Shown here: positions 10,780 through 23,781 of the stretch, in pieces
Layout of the letters: each line of letters begins with the position of its first letter
Numbering within the stretch: position 1 is the first letter of the stretch
Assembly: GCA_030324005.1 (NCBI GenBank)
Contig: JARDVH010000133.1
Span: 34,098,471 to 34,162,470 of the forward strand
Source of the DNA: Negaprion brevirostris
Taxonomy: Eukaryota
DNA: 64,000 nt
Direction of reading: 5' to 3'
Program-made: the position numbers and the translations under genes
The notes under the pieces: model-generated
Databases searched by the model: none
Told to the model about the DNA's origin: nothing
What the model saw: only the letters and a program-made list of their open reading frames with translations

Positions 10780-11810
10780 GATTAAGTGACCCATAGAAAA
10801 TATTATCATCATTATTGTTTAATCCCCCTTATTTTGAGGCCATCCTCGCTATTTCTAATTTCACCCGTCAGTGGAAACAACTTTCCTGCATCTATCTTGT
10901 CTATTCCCTTTGTCATCTTAAATGTTTCTGAATGGTCTCCCCTCATTGTTCTGAATTCCAATGAGTATCACCCCAGTCTACTCAGTCTCTCCTCATAAGC
11001 CAACCCTCTCAACTCCTGAATCAACCTAGTGAATCTCCTCTGATGCCTTCCAGTGCCAGTATATCTTTTCTTAAGTAAGAAGACCAAAAGTGTACACAGT
11101 ACTCTAGGTGAGGCCTCACATTTTTCATATTTCTCATATTTTCTTCCCATCTTATATGGCAGATTCCCTGGCATATAGTTTACAGCAATTGGTCACTCTG
11201 AAACATGTGGAGGGGCAATAGCATTTGGGTCTCCAGGTACACATGCTACTAAAGGCTATTGCCCAGATATAACAAGTAATCAAAAGGTTAATGAATTGTT
11301 GAACACTAACTCCACGAGGCTAGGACGCAAAGGTGAAAATGTGATACTGCACTTGTACAAAGCCTTTATCACTGTATTTTGATTTGGGCACCATACCCCA
11401 GGATATATTGGCAATGGATGGAGCGCAGTGTAGATTCACCAAATTTATACCAAGGTGTAAAGCACATGTCTTGTGAACAGGTTCTTATATTTTTCCTAAG
11501 TTTAGATTGTTGAGGGGTCATTTAATTGTGGCACTTAAATTTGACAGAAAGAGAAACTATTTCCTTTTGTGTAAGAATCCAAAACAAGGTGGTACCATCC
11601 AAAAGTTAGAACTAGGCTGCTGAGGTGTCAAATCAGGAAACAATTTTTCTCACTAGTGAAGAAGTGGAATTCTCTTCTCCCTCCCCCCAATAGGTTATGG
11701 ATGCTGGGTTAATAGAAACTTTCACTGGGATGAACAGATCTTTTTTGGTAGGGGATCAAAGACAAGTAAATTAGAAAATCATGATGACATTGAATTATCT
11801 ACTTTTGTTC
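10780..11810. mobile_element. Two CR1 fragments in opposite orientation (minus 10780-11120, plus about 11230-11810)
   Basis: Minus ORF QRRFTRLIQELRGLAYEERLSRLG; the plus copy is highly decayed. Confidence 0.7.
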
Positions 11811-12194
11811 CTGTGGGGGGAAAAATGGTCCTGTGATTTGTTTTTTTGAGAACAGAGGTCATCAAGTGATGTTTTAGTTTGCTTGCTTTCAAGTTATCCT
11901 GAATAAGGATGTTAGTCATGAACAGATCAAGAATTTTCATCAGAACCAGTAACATTGAGTCTTAAGTCCAAGTAGGAAGGATCGATATTTTCTGTTATAA
12001 TAACAGGAAATCTAGAAAAACTGTACATTATGGAGCAAGATAGAGAACTGAGATATTTCATCATATGTCCCTTTAATTTTCTGCCTTGATATACTTGTTC
12101 CTTCCCCAGGATCAACATCCTCACGTTACACTTTTAAGCAGTTTTGCAGTTTAAAGCAGATTTAACACTTCAATTCAAATGGGAATGATTTTTA

Positions 12195-12550
12195 AAAAAT
12201 CCTTTCATGAGATGTGACAAGTTCAGCATTTATTGCCCGTTCCTAATTATCCTTGAACTGAGTGGCTTGCGAGGTTATTGCAGAGGGCGGTTAAGAGCCA
12301 ACCACATTACTGTGGGTCTAGAGTTGCATGTAGGTCAGACTGGATAAGGGTGGCAGATTTCCTTCCCCCACGGACAGTAGTGAACCAGAAGAGTTTTTAT
12401 ATCAATTGATGACAGTTGTCATGGTCACCATTACTGAGACTAACCTTGTTTTCCATATTTATTAATTGAATTTTTTGAACCCGTGTCCTCATAGCATTAG
12501 CCTGGGTCTCTGGATTATTAGTCCAGTGACTTTGCACTATGTCACCATCT
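12195..12550 (-). mobile_element. tRNA-derived SINE with L2-like tail (same family as 59710-60050)
   Basis: Shared core ggcagatttccttccc...agtgaaccaga; other copies at 20380-20730(-), 26255-26470(-), 27170-27560(+), 30680-31720(-, split) and 48752-48875(-). Confidence 0.7.
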
Positions 12551-14384
12551 GTCCTGGAGATTTATATTTGAAAAGAAAAAAAATGCAGGCCTGCAGAGAA
12601 AAGATGGGAGTAAACAGTTATTTCAAACTGTCACAGACTGAATAACCTCCTTCTGTACTGCGAAGTTGTAGGATTCCATTCAGTCAAAATTATTGAATGT
12701 TGTGTATATGCTAGCTATAAAGTACATGGGAGCTGAACATGTTGTCATAGTGTGAGCACGTTGGTTAATCATGTTTTAGTACCATGCATGGTGATTTCAG
12801 ATTTGAAGAACAACTCAACCTGTGGGATGGAAGAAGTGCTTGTCTTCCCAGGTTATCCTCTCAATGCCACCAGAAGCCACTCTGCTCAAAATCTAATGAG
12901 AGCATTATGGATCTATTTTTTTTTTCAACCAACTATTTGCCTTAAACTGAGTAATCATACAGTAACCAAACAAGGGAGAATATATAAAGACTATCTTCCA
13001 ACCAAATCTCTGGCACTAGTGTTTTGAGTGACAGGAAGATTCTCTAGGTTCTGTATTTTGTTATGCCTCTCAGTCTGGGAACTTTGTTTCAAAGTGTTAA
13101 ATCTAGTTTTAATGCTCTGACTATGATCCCTGTCAAGAACAGTTAACAACAAGGACAGAAGATCCAGCTTGTTCCACACTCAGTCATTTGTCATTGATGT
13201 TTTGTTTAGAGCTATTGGAGGAGTTAAGGATGCTACTTTTAAGGATAAAATTTGAAGTGTATATTGCTTTGGTCTTCAGAGCCAGATCCTATTTGGCATT
13301 GTCCTTGAGACGTGATGACAAACATACATAGACGGACTGAAGTTACATAGCATTCACAATGACGTTGGGACTTGAACAAAAATGTTAATCTCTCTGATAA
13401 AAGCCATTCAAGTCACATTTCCACATACGTAAAATGTGTTTGAAAAATGTATTGTGGAGGCCAATGAAATGATGGATGGTTCTGTAGAAAATTCAGTTTA
13501 CAGTGAAATGCCATTTATCCAAACAATTTCGGTAATATATACATGCTTATGCATATTTTTTTCAGTAATTATGAAGTTCAACATGTATATATTGCATGGA
13601 AACTAATGTGGAGTAAAATTAAATAATACGCGTAAGAACATGCTGAGAAGACTGGACTGAAATTTTGGGTAGTTTTTCAATTTAATAATGACATGAACCG
13701 TTTGGGAGTGACCCAATTTTTTTTTTCTGCCGGTACAAAAACATTGGAAATCATTATCAGAGCATTTTGTTTCTCTCCCCTTGCTACTTCTTAAATCTCT
13801 TGTGATTCTGCCATAGTTAGGTTCTCTTATTGTAAGGAATCATTGATGTTAACTCAGATTTTACTTTTTAAATGAGAGCTGGATTGATATTTACTGAGAA
13901 AGAGGGGGAATATAGAGATATTAAGAGCATGATTTGATACGTTTCAGGGAAGGTTGGGGAGGAATTTGTCCTTCCTTAAAGTGATTTAGTAAGCGGAGAA
14001 AGGAGACCCATGTTCATTTTTTAGATGGCGCGGTATGGACTGAATGGCCTATTCTTCTTCCATACCTTGTTTTGTGTTGTTCAACACACCAAACCATAAT
14101 TTTCTGGATTCCATTGCATTATAAAGTTGAGCAAATTTTAATTCTCTTTTCTGTCTTATGAGAGTATTAATTTCCATTGTTCATTTTAGACTTCGGTATC
14201 AGAAAATGAATGGCTGTTTAGGTGGCACAATTTCCTTGATTATGTGAGTGCAAAGTATCAGCAAGGTGAATGAGAGGTGATGTCAGAATTAAGGGTGGAG
14301 ATTGTTCTTGTTGAATCTCTGCCATTTTGTGTGGTTCAATGGCATATTGGTTAGTAAGCCACCCTGGGTATAAAAGAGTGCACG

Positions 14385-15310
14385 TATCATTTGATTTATT
14401 GTCATATGTATTAACATACAGTGAAAAGTATTGTTTCTTGCGCTATACAGACAAAGCGTACTGTTCATAGAGAAGGAAATGAGGGAGTGCAGAATGTAGT
14501 GTTGTATCATAGCTAGGGGGTAGGGAAAGATCAACTTAATGCAAAGTAAGCCCATTCAAAAGTCTGACAGCAGCGTGGAAGAAGCTGTTCTTGAGTCGGT
14601 TGGTACGTGACTTCAAACTTTTGTATCTTTTCCTGATGGAAGAAGGTGGAAGAGGAAATGTCAAGGGTGTTGGGGTCCTTAATTATGCTGGCTGCTTTGC
14701 CCAGGCTGTGGGAAGTTTAGACAGAGTCAATGGATGGCAGGCTGATTTGCATGATGGATTGGGCTACTTCCATGACCCTTTGTAGTTCCTTGCAGTCTTG
14801 GGCAGAGCCGGAGCCATACCACGCTGTGCTACAACCTGAAGGAGTGCTTCCTATGGCGCGTCTGTAAAAGTTGGTGAGAGTTGCAGCTGACATGTCAAAT
14901 TTCCTTAGTCTTCTGAGAAAGTAGAGGTGTTGGTGGGCTTTCTTAAGTATAGTGTCGGCATGGGGGGAACCAGGACAGGTTGTTGATGAACTGGATACCT
15001 AAAAAGTTGAAGATCTTGACCCTTTCTACTTTGTCCCCATTGATGTAGGCAGTGGCATGTTCTCCTTTTATGCTTTCTGAAGTCAATAACAATCTCCTTT
15101 GTTTTGTTGACATTGAGGGAGAGATTGTTGCCGCACAGTCTACCAGTTCTCTATCTCATTCCTGTACTCTGTCATGTCATTGTTTGAGATCCAACCCACT
15201 ACAGTGGTGTCATCAGCAAACTTGAAAATTGAATGGAGGGGAATTTGGGCACACAGTCAGAGGTATATAAGGAGTATAGTAGGGGGCTGAGAACACAGCC
15301 TTGTGAGGCA
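14385..15310 (-). mobile_element. Rex1/Babar-like LINE, 5'-truncated
   Basis: Minus strand at 15190-15305 reads QGCVLSPLLYSLYTSDCVPKFP...IFKFADDTTVVG (RT catalytic region); tail matches 1-160. Confidence 0.8.
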
Positions 15311-16201
15311 GCAGTAGTTTTATGGTATATGTTCCCATCCCCTATATCAAACATATTGTTCTGGTTTGTTGTCATATTGTCCGTTGACAGAAGTTCCCTT
15401 TCACCTATGAGTGGCTTTTGGAGATCTGAGCTGGAGGAAGTCTCCAGCCTTTTGCTTGGTATACTGAAATACTAATTGCTCAAGAAAGATTAAAATAGTC
15501 AAGTTCAGGAGAGTGGTGGGGATAACCTCTTATCGTGCTCCTTCTTGTCATGGGCAGCCTTCTCTTGCAAACCAGAATACACACACGCTACAATTACTAA
15601 GAAAGAAAATAGTCATGTTCAAGTAGAAATAAGAGTTTTCAGCAGACTTGTATGTCCGCAGATCATGGATCTTCATTTGAGATGGAAGGATGTTTCCTCA
15701 CTGAATCCTAAGGAATGGTTACGTGTAAGTATAACTGGTACAGAATCTACCTGCTTGCAAATAACTGCGGAGTCATTTTCGAGCAGGTAGATTCTATACC
15801 AGTTACGCTTGCATGTAACCATTACTTCAGTTAGATAATGCAAGAGTAAGGAAGCACAGGTACTGTGCATTCAAGGCCACAGTAAGTTGTTCTGCCTCAA
15901 ATGACCGTATGAAGTCTGTCAAATTCTTACATACTTGGTGTCAGGTCTTCTGAGTGCTGGACTCAGCATTGAAGCCAAACACTATGTTCTCTCAAGTGCC
16001 TTATGTGAATGGTACCAAAGGAACGCAAAGCAAACTCTCCTTTGCACAATTTGCTTGTAGTGCTTCAGTTACACTCAAAATATTGGTGTGCTTGGTATTA
16101 CATATATTCCAAGCCAGTATTTTTCAATAGGAATTTAAATCCCCTACCCTCTTGCCCTCAACTTGGAACAAATAAAATGATATATTGTATTTGTTGCACA
16201 G

Positions 16202-16287
16202 ATTATCTGGACAATGGCAATAACAAGATGGCTATACAGCAAGCTGACAAACTGCTCAAAAAACACAAGGACCTTCACTGTGCAAAG
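16202..16287 (+). CDS. NAA25: NAA25 coding exon 2
   Basis: cAG acceptor; (D)YLDNGNNKMAIQQADKLLKKHKDLHCAK; donor AAG|gtaagc. Confidence 0.96.
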
Positions 16288-17167
16288 GTAAGCAAGCATA
16301 GCAATAGTTTTCTGAAGTGGAGTGCAATATGCAACCCTTCTCATGGTTGGATAGCTTGGCGCATGATTATAATGTTAATTCCTAAATTGACTTGAGGAAT
16401 TTCCTGTGGGCACGTGGTCTAAGTAGAGCCTGCCGTCAGTTGAAAGGCAAAGTATTGGCAATGTTTCTCTTGATACGCAGCCATTTGATTTTTCTCATCC
16501 TTTCAATGATTTCAGTCATTTAAGGCAGTAAATAATATGATTGTTCAGTTTTGAATTGTTTTGCACCAAAGTCAAAAGTAGAAGCTCTTCTGTGATATTG
16601 GTCTTGGTAAGTCCAATCTGTTCTAAAAGTGTTGTGCCACTTATTAGAGAAGTCACACTCTGCTAAGGTAAAGTTGTCACCTTTTAAGGTCACAAAGTAT
16701 CAAAGGTGTTCAGTTGTTTGAACCAGAAATTTTAATTCTGTCATTTTCAGACAGCAGCTAATATTTTGAGCTTTTGTTCTTGAGGCTACAGTTGATGATC
16801 CAGGGTTAAATATTTTCGTTGCTGCTTTTAAAAATTCTAATCGGCAGGATTATTTTACAAAATATGGACAGTGTGCTGGTTATGCCAAAAGCATTGAGAT
16901 AAATTTGTTTTACCTTTTTGAGCTATCACGTAAACATTCATAAATGATTCATAATTCATCATAGGTTTGACAGTGGGGATAATTTGACGTTATTAATTAA
17001 GAATACTGGTTTAGAAATATGTTCACATAACATTAAACCATGCCTCAGTATTTTTTTTTGTCCCTATCTCATTGATACAATGAGCTAAATAAGCCAAATG
17101 ATGGCGATTATGACTTGTTAATGAATATAGAATATTTAGAGTTTTGTTTTGTGGTCTGGCCTATCAG

Positions 17168-17306
17168 GTTCTGAAGGCAATTGGCCTGCAGCGAACAGGC
17201 AAACAAGAGGAGGCATTCGCTGTGGCGCAGGAGGTAGCTGCACTTGAACCAACAGATGACAACTCTTTACAAGCTCTCACTATTCTGTATCGTGAAATGC
17301 ACAGAC
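17168..17306 (+). CDS. NAA25: NAA25 coding exon 3
   Basis: VLKAIGLQRTGKQEEAFAVAQEVAALEPTDDNSLQALTILYREMHR; AG/GT boundaries. Confidence 0.96.
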
Positions 17307-17509
17307 GTAAGTTTTCTTGGAGGATGGGAGAGCAAAGAGGGCTTACATTTGTGTCTTATTGGACGATCATTGTACAACTTAGGTAATCACCTGGAGAACG
17401 TGTCCCATGGATCACCTTTTCTGAAAAATGTCTGAAACCTATAGCTAAAATTGCTGTTATTTGACCAGCAGAGCTGATCTGCGCTAATGGCACCAGCTAA
17501 AGAATTAAA

Positions 17510-18440
17510 TCACTGAGTTAGATGTGGGGACCAAATGAGTTACTTCCAAGTTTGCAGATGATATAAAGTTGGGCAGGAATGTGTATTGAGGAAGATGTAA
17601 AGCAGCTACTGGAGAATTTGGACAGACTTAGAATAGGCAAGAACATGGTAGGTGGAATATAACATGGGAAAATGAGGTAATTCATTTTGATAGAAGGTGT
17701 ATTGGCAGAGCGTTTCTTAAATTATAAGAAATTAGAAAGGGTAAATGTACAAAGGGACCAGAGTATCCTAGTCCATAAGTCACTGAAGGCTAGCATGCAG
17801 CAAGCTTTTAGGAAGACTAATGAAATGTTAGTCTTTATAACGACAGGATTTGAGTACAGGAGTAGTGAGGTTTTGCTACACTTCTTTAAGAGCTTGGTTA
17901 GACTGCACCAGGGGTATCTATGCAGTTTTGGTCCCTGTACTACAAAAGATATTATTGTCACAGAGGGAGTGCAACAATGGTTGGCCAGACTTGTTCGGGG
18001 GATGGAGGGACTGTCTTATGAAGAGAGATTGGGGAAACTGGGCCTGTATTCTCTAGAGTTTGGAGAATGAGAGGTGATCTCTTTGAAACCTACATATACT
18101 TGAAGGATTAGACAGGGCATATGCAGGTGTAAAATGTTAGTTGGGGTGTCTTGAACCAGCGGGGTATGATTTCAAAATAAAGACGACGCCTCTCAAGATG
18201 AAGAAAAATTTCTTTAGAGAGTTGTGAATGTTTGGAATTCTGTATCCCCAAGTGCTGTGGAAGCTCAGTCATTGTGTATGTTTAAAGCAAGAAATTGATA
18301 GTTTTCTGATTAACATAATGTAAAGAATTAAGGGGACAGTGGACAGAAAAGGCATTAAAGTGTCTGACAGCCATGATTGTATTAACTGGAGGAGCAGGCT
18401 CAATGGGCTGAAAGGCCTACTCCATTTCCTATATTCCTAA
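17510..18440 (+). mobile_element. CR1 LINE, 5'-truncated (RT to 3' tail)
   Basis: SKFADDIKLG at about 17545; ORF with LVRLHQGY...GLSYEERLGKLGLYSLEF. Confidence 0.85.
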
Positions 18441-18944
18441 TTCCTCTGACACCTAGCAGACATTGGCTATAGTCAAAACCCTTTGGCTTGTACCAAGGAG
18501 TAAGGAAATACTGAAGCAGCTATGCTTGCGACAAGTCTCACTAACTGATGTCCGCTGTATCCAGCAAGTAGTGGCTAATGAGACTGTACAGTTAGACCTA
18601 TAATGTGTCATTATTTTTACAAGATATGAAAGCTGAAAGATAGACGCAATATGTTTTAGGACTTAGTATCAAAGCACCTTGCAAAGCATGTTCTGAATTT
18701 GCATCCTCCATTCAAGCCACTCTGTCCTTCAGTGGTTGGGCATTTTTTATAACTGGCCCTGTTGTAGCTAACATTTTAATAGGTTGTGAATGCTTCAGTT
18801 GGACCCTTCTCGATTTACTGTGATAATTTTAAAAAAGTTCTTAAGAGTGGCATAACACTATCAACAATTCCAGTTTCTAAAAATTGAGAAACTGGACCAT
18901 CTAAACTAGTTAGGAGAGATCCCAAAGAAGTATGTTTATGGAGC

Positions 18945-20130
18945 ATCATAGAATGGTTACAGCAGAAAAGATGTCATTTGACCTGTTGTGCCTGTGCTGA
19001 CCCTCTGAAGGTGCAGTTTATCTCATGTCATTCCCCTGCATTTTTGCTGTAGCCCTGCAAATCTTTCTTTTGCAGATAATGATAAAGTCTCTATCGACCC
19101 TGTCTCCACCACATTCTCAGGCAGTGCATTCAGACCCTAACCATTCACTGTGTGAAAAAGGATTTCCTCATGTCACCATTGCGCCTTTTGTGAATTAGCT
19201 TAAATCTTATGCCTTTGATTTTTGATACTTCCATCAATGGGAACAGTTTTTTTCAATGTACTGTCCTGATCCCTCATAACTTCAATGTCTCTATCAAATT
19301 ACCTGTCAGCCTTTCTTCTCCAAAAAATCCCAACTTCTCCAGTGTTTCTATGTAACTGAAATTCCTGATCCCTGACACCATCCTTGTGAATGTTTTCTGC
19401 ATTCTTTCTAATGCCTTCACATCCTTTCTGAAATGTAGACCTAGAACTGGATGTAATATCCTAGTTGAGGTTGAGCCAATGTTTTGTACAGGTTTAATAA
19501 TTATACACTGTGCTCCTATTGATAAAACCCAGGATATTGTCTGCTATACTAACCACTCCCTCAACCAGTCAATGATTTATGCAGTAAATGATTTATGCAT
19601 GTGTGCACCTTGATTCTTCTGCTTCTGCACAATTGTACCTTTAATTTTATATTGCCTCTCCCCATTCTTCCTACTGGAATGAATTCCTTCGTGCTTCTCT
19701 GCATTAAATTTAACCTGCCACTTCTCCACCCATTGCACCAACTTGTCTCCGGAATTTCTGCACTATTGTCCCTGTACTTCACAATTCTCCCCAGTTTTGT
19801 ATCACCCACAATTTTTCAAATTGTGTCCTGTACATCAAGGTCCAGGTCACTAATATCTATCAGCAAGAATAGGGATTCGCTGTTCTTGACCCCTAGGGAA
19901 CTCCACTATAAAAACAATTTTCATCACTACTTTTTGTTTCTTGTCATTCTCATATATTGTTGTCCATTTTATTCTGTGAGCTATAACTTTGCTTACAAGT
20001 CTGTTGTCTGGTACTTTATCAAATGCGCTTGGAAGTCCATGTACACCACATCATTGGTGTTACTCTCATCAACCCTTTCTATTAACTGATCAAAATCTCA
20101 AAGCAAGTTGGTTAAACATAATTTGCCTTG
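18945..20130 (-). mobile_element. CR1 LINE fragment
   Basis: Minus ORF GDTKLGRIV; CR1 tail catagaatggttacagc at the left end. Confidence 0.75.
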
Positions 20131-20862
20131 TGATGTAAATCTGATTTATTTTTCTCCCAACATTAACATGTGTACTTACCAAATTTGGCCACTGAATGGG
20201 GACCAGCAGTACGAATTTCCCATCCTAGCTCAAAGGTATTAAGGCCAGTTNNNNNNNNNNGCATGCACTTGGAGTCACCTTGACTAAGATCAGGTTACTC
20301 GAAATAGACTAAGGATTGAATTTTGGGTCCTGACCCCATATGCCTCAACTTCTATCAAAAGCTATTGAATTGTTTTTTTATTTGACTTTGGGACATAAAC
20401 ATTGCTGACAAGGTCAACATTTATTTCCCATCCCTTCCCATCCTTAATTGCCTTGTTGAGTGTCTTGATAAACCATTTCAGAGTCAGCCACATTGCTTAG
20501 GTCTAGAGTCACTTGCAGGCTATACCAAGCAAGGACTTTGTCCCCTGAAGGACATTAGTGAACCAAGTAGGCTTTTCTGATCATCATGTTTGAGACGAGC
20601 ATTTTATTCCAAATTTATTGAACTTAAATTCGCCATGTGATGTGGTGGGATTTGAAATTGGGCCTCTGAAGACTTATCCTGGACCCCTACATTACTAGTC
20701 TAATAATACTACCACCATGCTATCAGCCTCTTACCTGAGGAACCCAGAACGTATTTTACGTAAAAGTCTTTGTTTTATATATTCTGCTTGAAGTTGTGAG
20801 ATGTTGAGTATGTTGTCTTTTATCTCCCTTTCTGTCAGAGTTATTTGTGCTTTTTCTTTCAG

Positions 20863-20981
20863 CTGAGCTGGTCACTAAGTTGTATGAAGCTGCTGTGCGA
20901 AAAGTCCCCAGCAGTGAGGAGTATCACTCACATCTCTTTATGGCGTATGCCAGGGTTGGAGAATACAAGAAAATGCAACAG
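20863..20981 (+). CDS. NAA25: NAA25 coding exon 4
   Basis: (P)ELVTKLYEAAVRKVPSSEEYHSHLFMAYARVGEYKKMQQ; AG/GT boundaries. Confidence 0.95.
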
Positions 20982-21399
20982 GTACTATTTATACAGTATT
21001 GAGCAAAATATAGTTTCGACTGGTGATTGACCAGACACAATGCTGTATTAAAAACAGAAAGTACTGAAAAAACTGCGCAGGTCTGGCAGCATATATGGAA
21101 AGAAAAACAGAAGTCCGGTATGACGCTTCTTCGGATTACAGGTGCTGTACTATATTGTTAAACCCCAGAAAATTGTGATGTGCATTGATGTTTATTTTCC
21201 TTCCCTGCTCTGAATATTCCCTGCAAATCAAACCAAATTATGTTTGAAATAGAAAGTTGGGTTTATGTCATTTCAAACTAAAGGTTCCATTAAAAGTGTT
21301 AATCTGTCAGCTATTTTCAAATGCTGATGAGCATACTGTACACTTCTTATTTGTCTTCATTATCCAATTTGTAACATTGACAATTTGTAACAGTGGCAA

Positions 21400-22390
21400 T
21401 ATATTTCCAAAATATATCTTCCGTTTTGCTGGATTGAATGGGTGTCGCCAGTTTTGTTTAGTTGAAACAGGCGCAACTTGCGTATGTTATTTCTGTCTAC
21501 AAAGAACAGGGCCTTATCTATTAATATTAGCTTTGAGCACATGTAAGTGCGCCACACTGTGAACCCAACCTATAATCTTGAATTGGTTGTCAGTGTAATT
21601 ATTAGCACAATCAAGATTGTTTCACAAATGTTGCCCAATTGTGGAATCACATCCAGTGTTGGACAGTGTGTTATGAGTCTCACAAACATGGGCCAGTTGG
21701 TTGTAGTCGGTACCTTACCTGTTGCGAACAACCAAAGGGGCATGCTGTTTGATATGATCCACCAGTCTTTGGGGCGTATGTAGCATAACATTGGTACTGA
21801 AATTCATATACCATTTTGTCATTTGTGATAAACAGAATGTCTTTTTGGCTTGAAGGCAGCAACTTGTTAGTGGCATACAATCCTCATGTTGCTACTTTAT
21901 GGTACCATCGCAAAACAGTTAACTTCACGTGTTGCCCAACTTTTTGAGATACCTTGTCCTTCCAGGGTAATCTGAGGCAGACTGAGCACTTTTCAGGATC
22001 AACAAAGGTCAATTTCATGAGTTTGCACAATTTGCAGTGAGCAATTACCTGATCAATATAGCCATTATCTCACGAGAAGGCTTTGATGCTGCCTATTTCA
22101 ACATTAAGTTTGCATGGTATGTAAATGGCTCAGGCCCCATTTACGAGGTTGTAAACAAGGGTGATCTTATAGCATGTGATCTTGTAGCATAAGAATCCCA
22201 AGCATATAGTGACCAGTGAAGGTAGACATGCATTAGATGTGAAAGAGCCCCTTGCAGATTTCTCAACGAGCACATCAAAAAAAGAAAGCTCGTTTTAAAC
22301 TATTGTTCCCTTTACGTTTGGTGAAGGGAATTGTCTTGATGAATGGAAGGTAAAAATCTTTTAACAACGTGTCTTCTTTCAGCAATACTC
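21400..22390 (-). mobile_element. Decayed Penelope-like element (RT C-terminus + GIY-YIG)
   Basis: Minus strand reads VCLRLPWKG...LLPSSQKDILF...MVYEFQYQCYATY...QRLVDHIKQH, the VYxFxCxC..YVG.T..RL..RIKQH pattern of PLE endonucleases. Confidence 0.65.
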
Positions 22391-23254
22391 AGATATAGAT
22401 TTGTTAAATAAATTGGATAGATCTATTTGGACTAAATTAAGGGCCTCAGGTTGTTGTGTAACTCGTCAGCCTGTTTGCCATGTTAGTTTGTTGAATTCCA
22501 TTTTATTTCAAATACAAATTGACTTCTGTTTATTAAGCTGTATTAACTTGTGCTGCTATTTTGTCCTTTCCTGATGTATTTGCCAGTTCTATTTTCAAGT
22601 CATTTCCCTGGAAAAACATGACCATGTATGTGCGAATTGCATGTCCTATTTCTTTTGCCGTTCAGTAGCTTGTGTGAAACTTGAATCCCACCTCTACTTT
22701 TATGCCTTCTAGAACAGTTCATTCCAGATAAATATATGATTACTCATAAATGTTGAGCACTTTATCTCCAATAGCATGGTTGTAATATCATTCTTTGTAT
22801 CTGGTGTAGTAAAAGTTGTAAGGATGTATTGTAGAATTATTTATTTTGTTTTTGGCATTTATATTTCAGGAGATTGACTCCTTTGCCTTAAGTTTTGTGC
22901 TGTTTATCTGGTGCCTGAACGCCACAAAAACATTTTCCTACAAGAGTTGCCTGATAACACGAGGCTTAGTAAAAGATCTACTGTGCTTCTTGACCATCAG
23001 TGCTGAGAGTTTAGTAGCCTTGTTTAAGCCTACCATCATAAAATAACTCCACCCCACCTCAAGCTTTGATTTGTGTACAAGCGAAGTAGTTATGATTTTA
23101 AATGAGAGAAAGCAAGAAGTAATTAATTTGATAATTGATACATCCAAGAGTTGGACCTATGATTTACCTTATCCTGGCAATGTATTCAGAGGTTTACAGT
23201 AATATATTGAAATGTTGTGCTTACATTGTTGTGGAATTTTCTACTTCCTCTTAG

Positions 23255-23329
23255 GCTGGCATGGCACTTTACAAGATTGTTCCGAAGAACCCCTATTACT
23301 TTTGGTCTGTGATGAGTCTGGTCATGCAG
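23255..23329 (+). CDS. NAA25: NAA25 coding exon 5
   Basis: AGMALYKIVPKNPYYFWSVMSLVMQ; ttAG acceptor, CAG|gtaagt donor. Confidence 0.96.
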
Positions 23330-23399
23330 GTAAGTGTACCTGATCAAATAAAGATGTTAATTGTATGTTAACCAATAGTGGTGGTAAAAATCTAGTGTA

Positions 23400-23700
23400 T
23401 TATAGCATCCTACAGTGCAGAAGGAGGCAATTTGGTCCATCAAGTCTGCATCAGCCACAATCTCACCCAGAACCTATCCCCATAACCCCATGCATTTACC
23501 CTAGCTAGTCCCCCTGACACTAAGGGACAATTTAGCATGGACAGTCCCCCTAACCTGCACATCTTTGGACTGTGGGAGGAAACCGGAGCACCCTTGCAGA
23601 CATAGGGAGAAGATGCAAACTCCACACAGACAGTGACCCAAGCGGGGAATCGAACCTGCGTTCCTGGCGGTGAGGCAGCAGTGCTAATCACTGTGCCACT
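23400..23700 (-). mobile_element. V-SINE (HE1-like), near full length, CR1-type tail
   Basis: tRNA-like head, V-domain and ctacagtgcagaaggagg tail in reverse complement. Confidence 0.9.
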
Positions 23701-23781
23701 CTTGTACAGAACATAAGAACATAAGAAATAGGAGCAGGAGTAGGCCATCTAGCCCTTCGAGCCTGCCCCGCCATTCAATAA

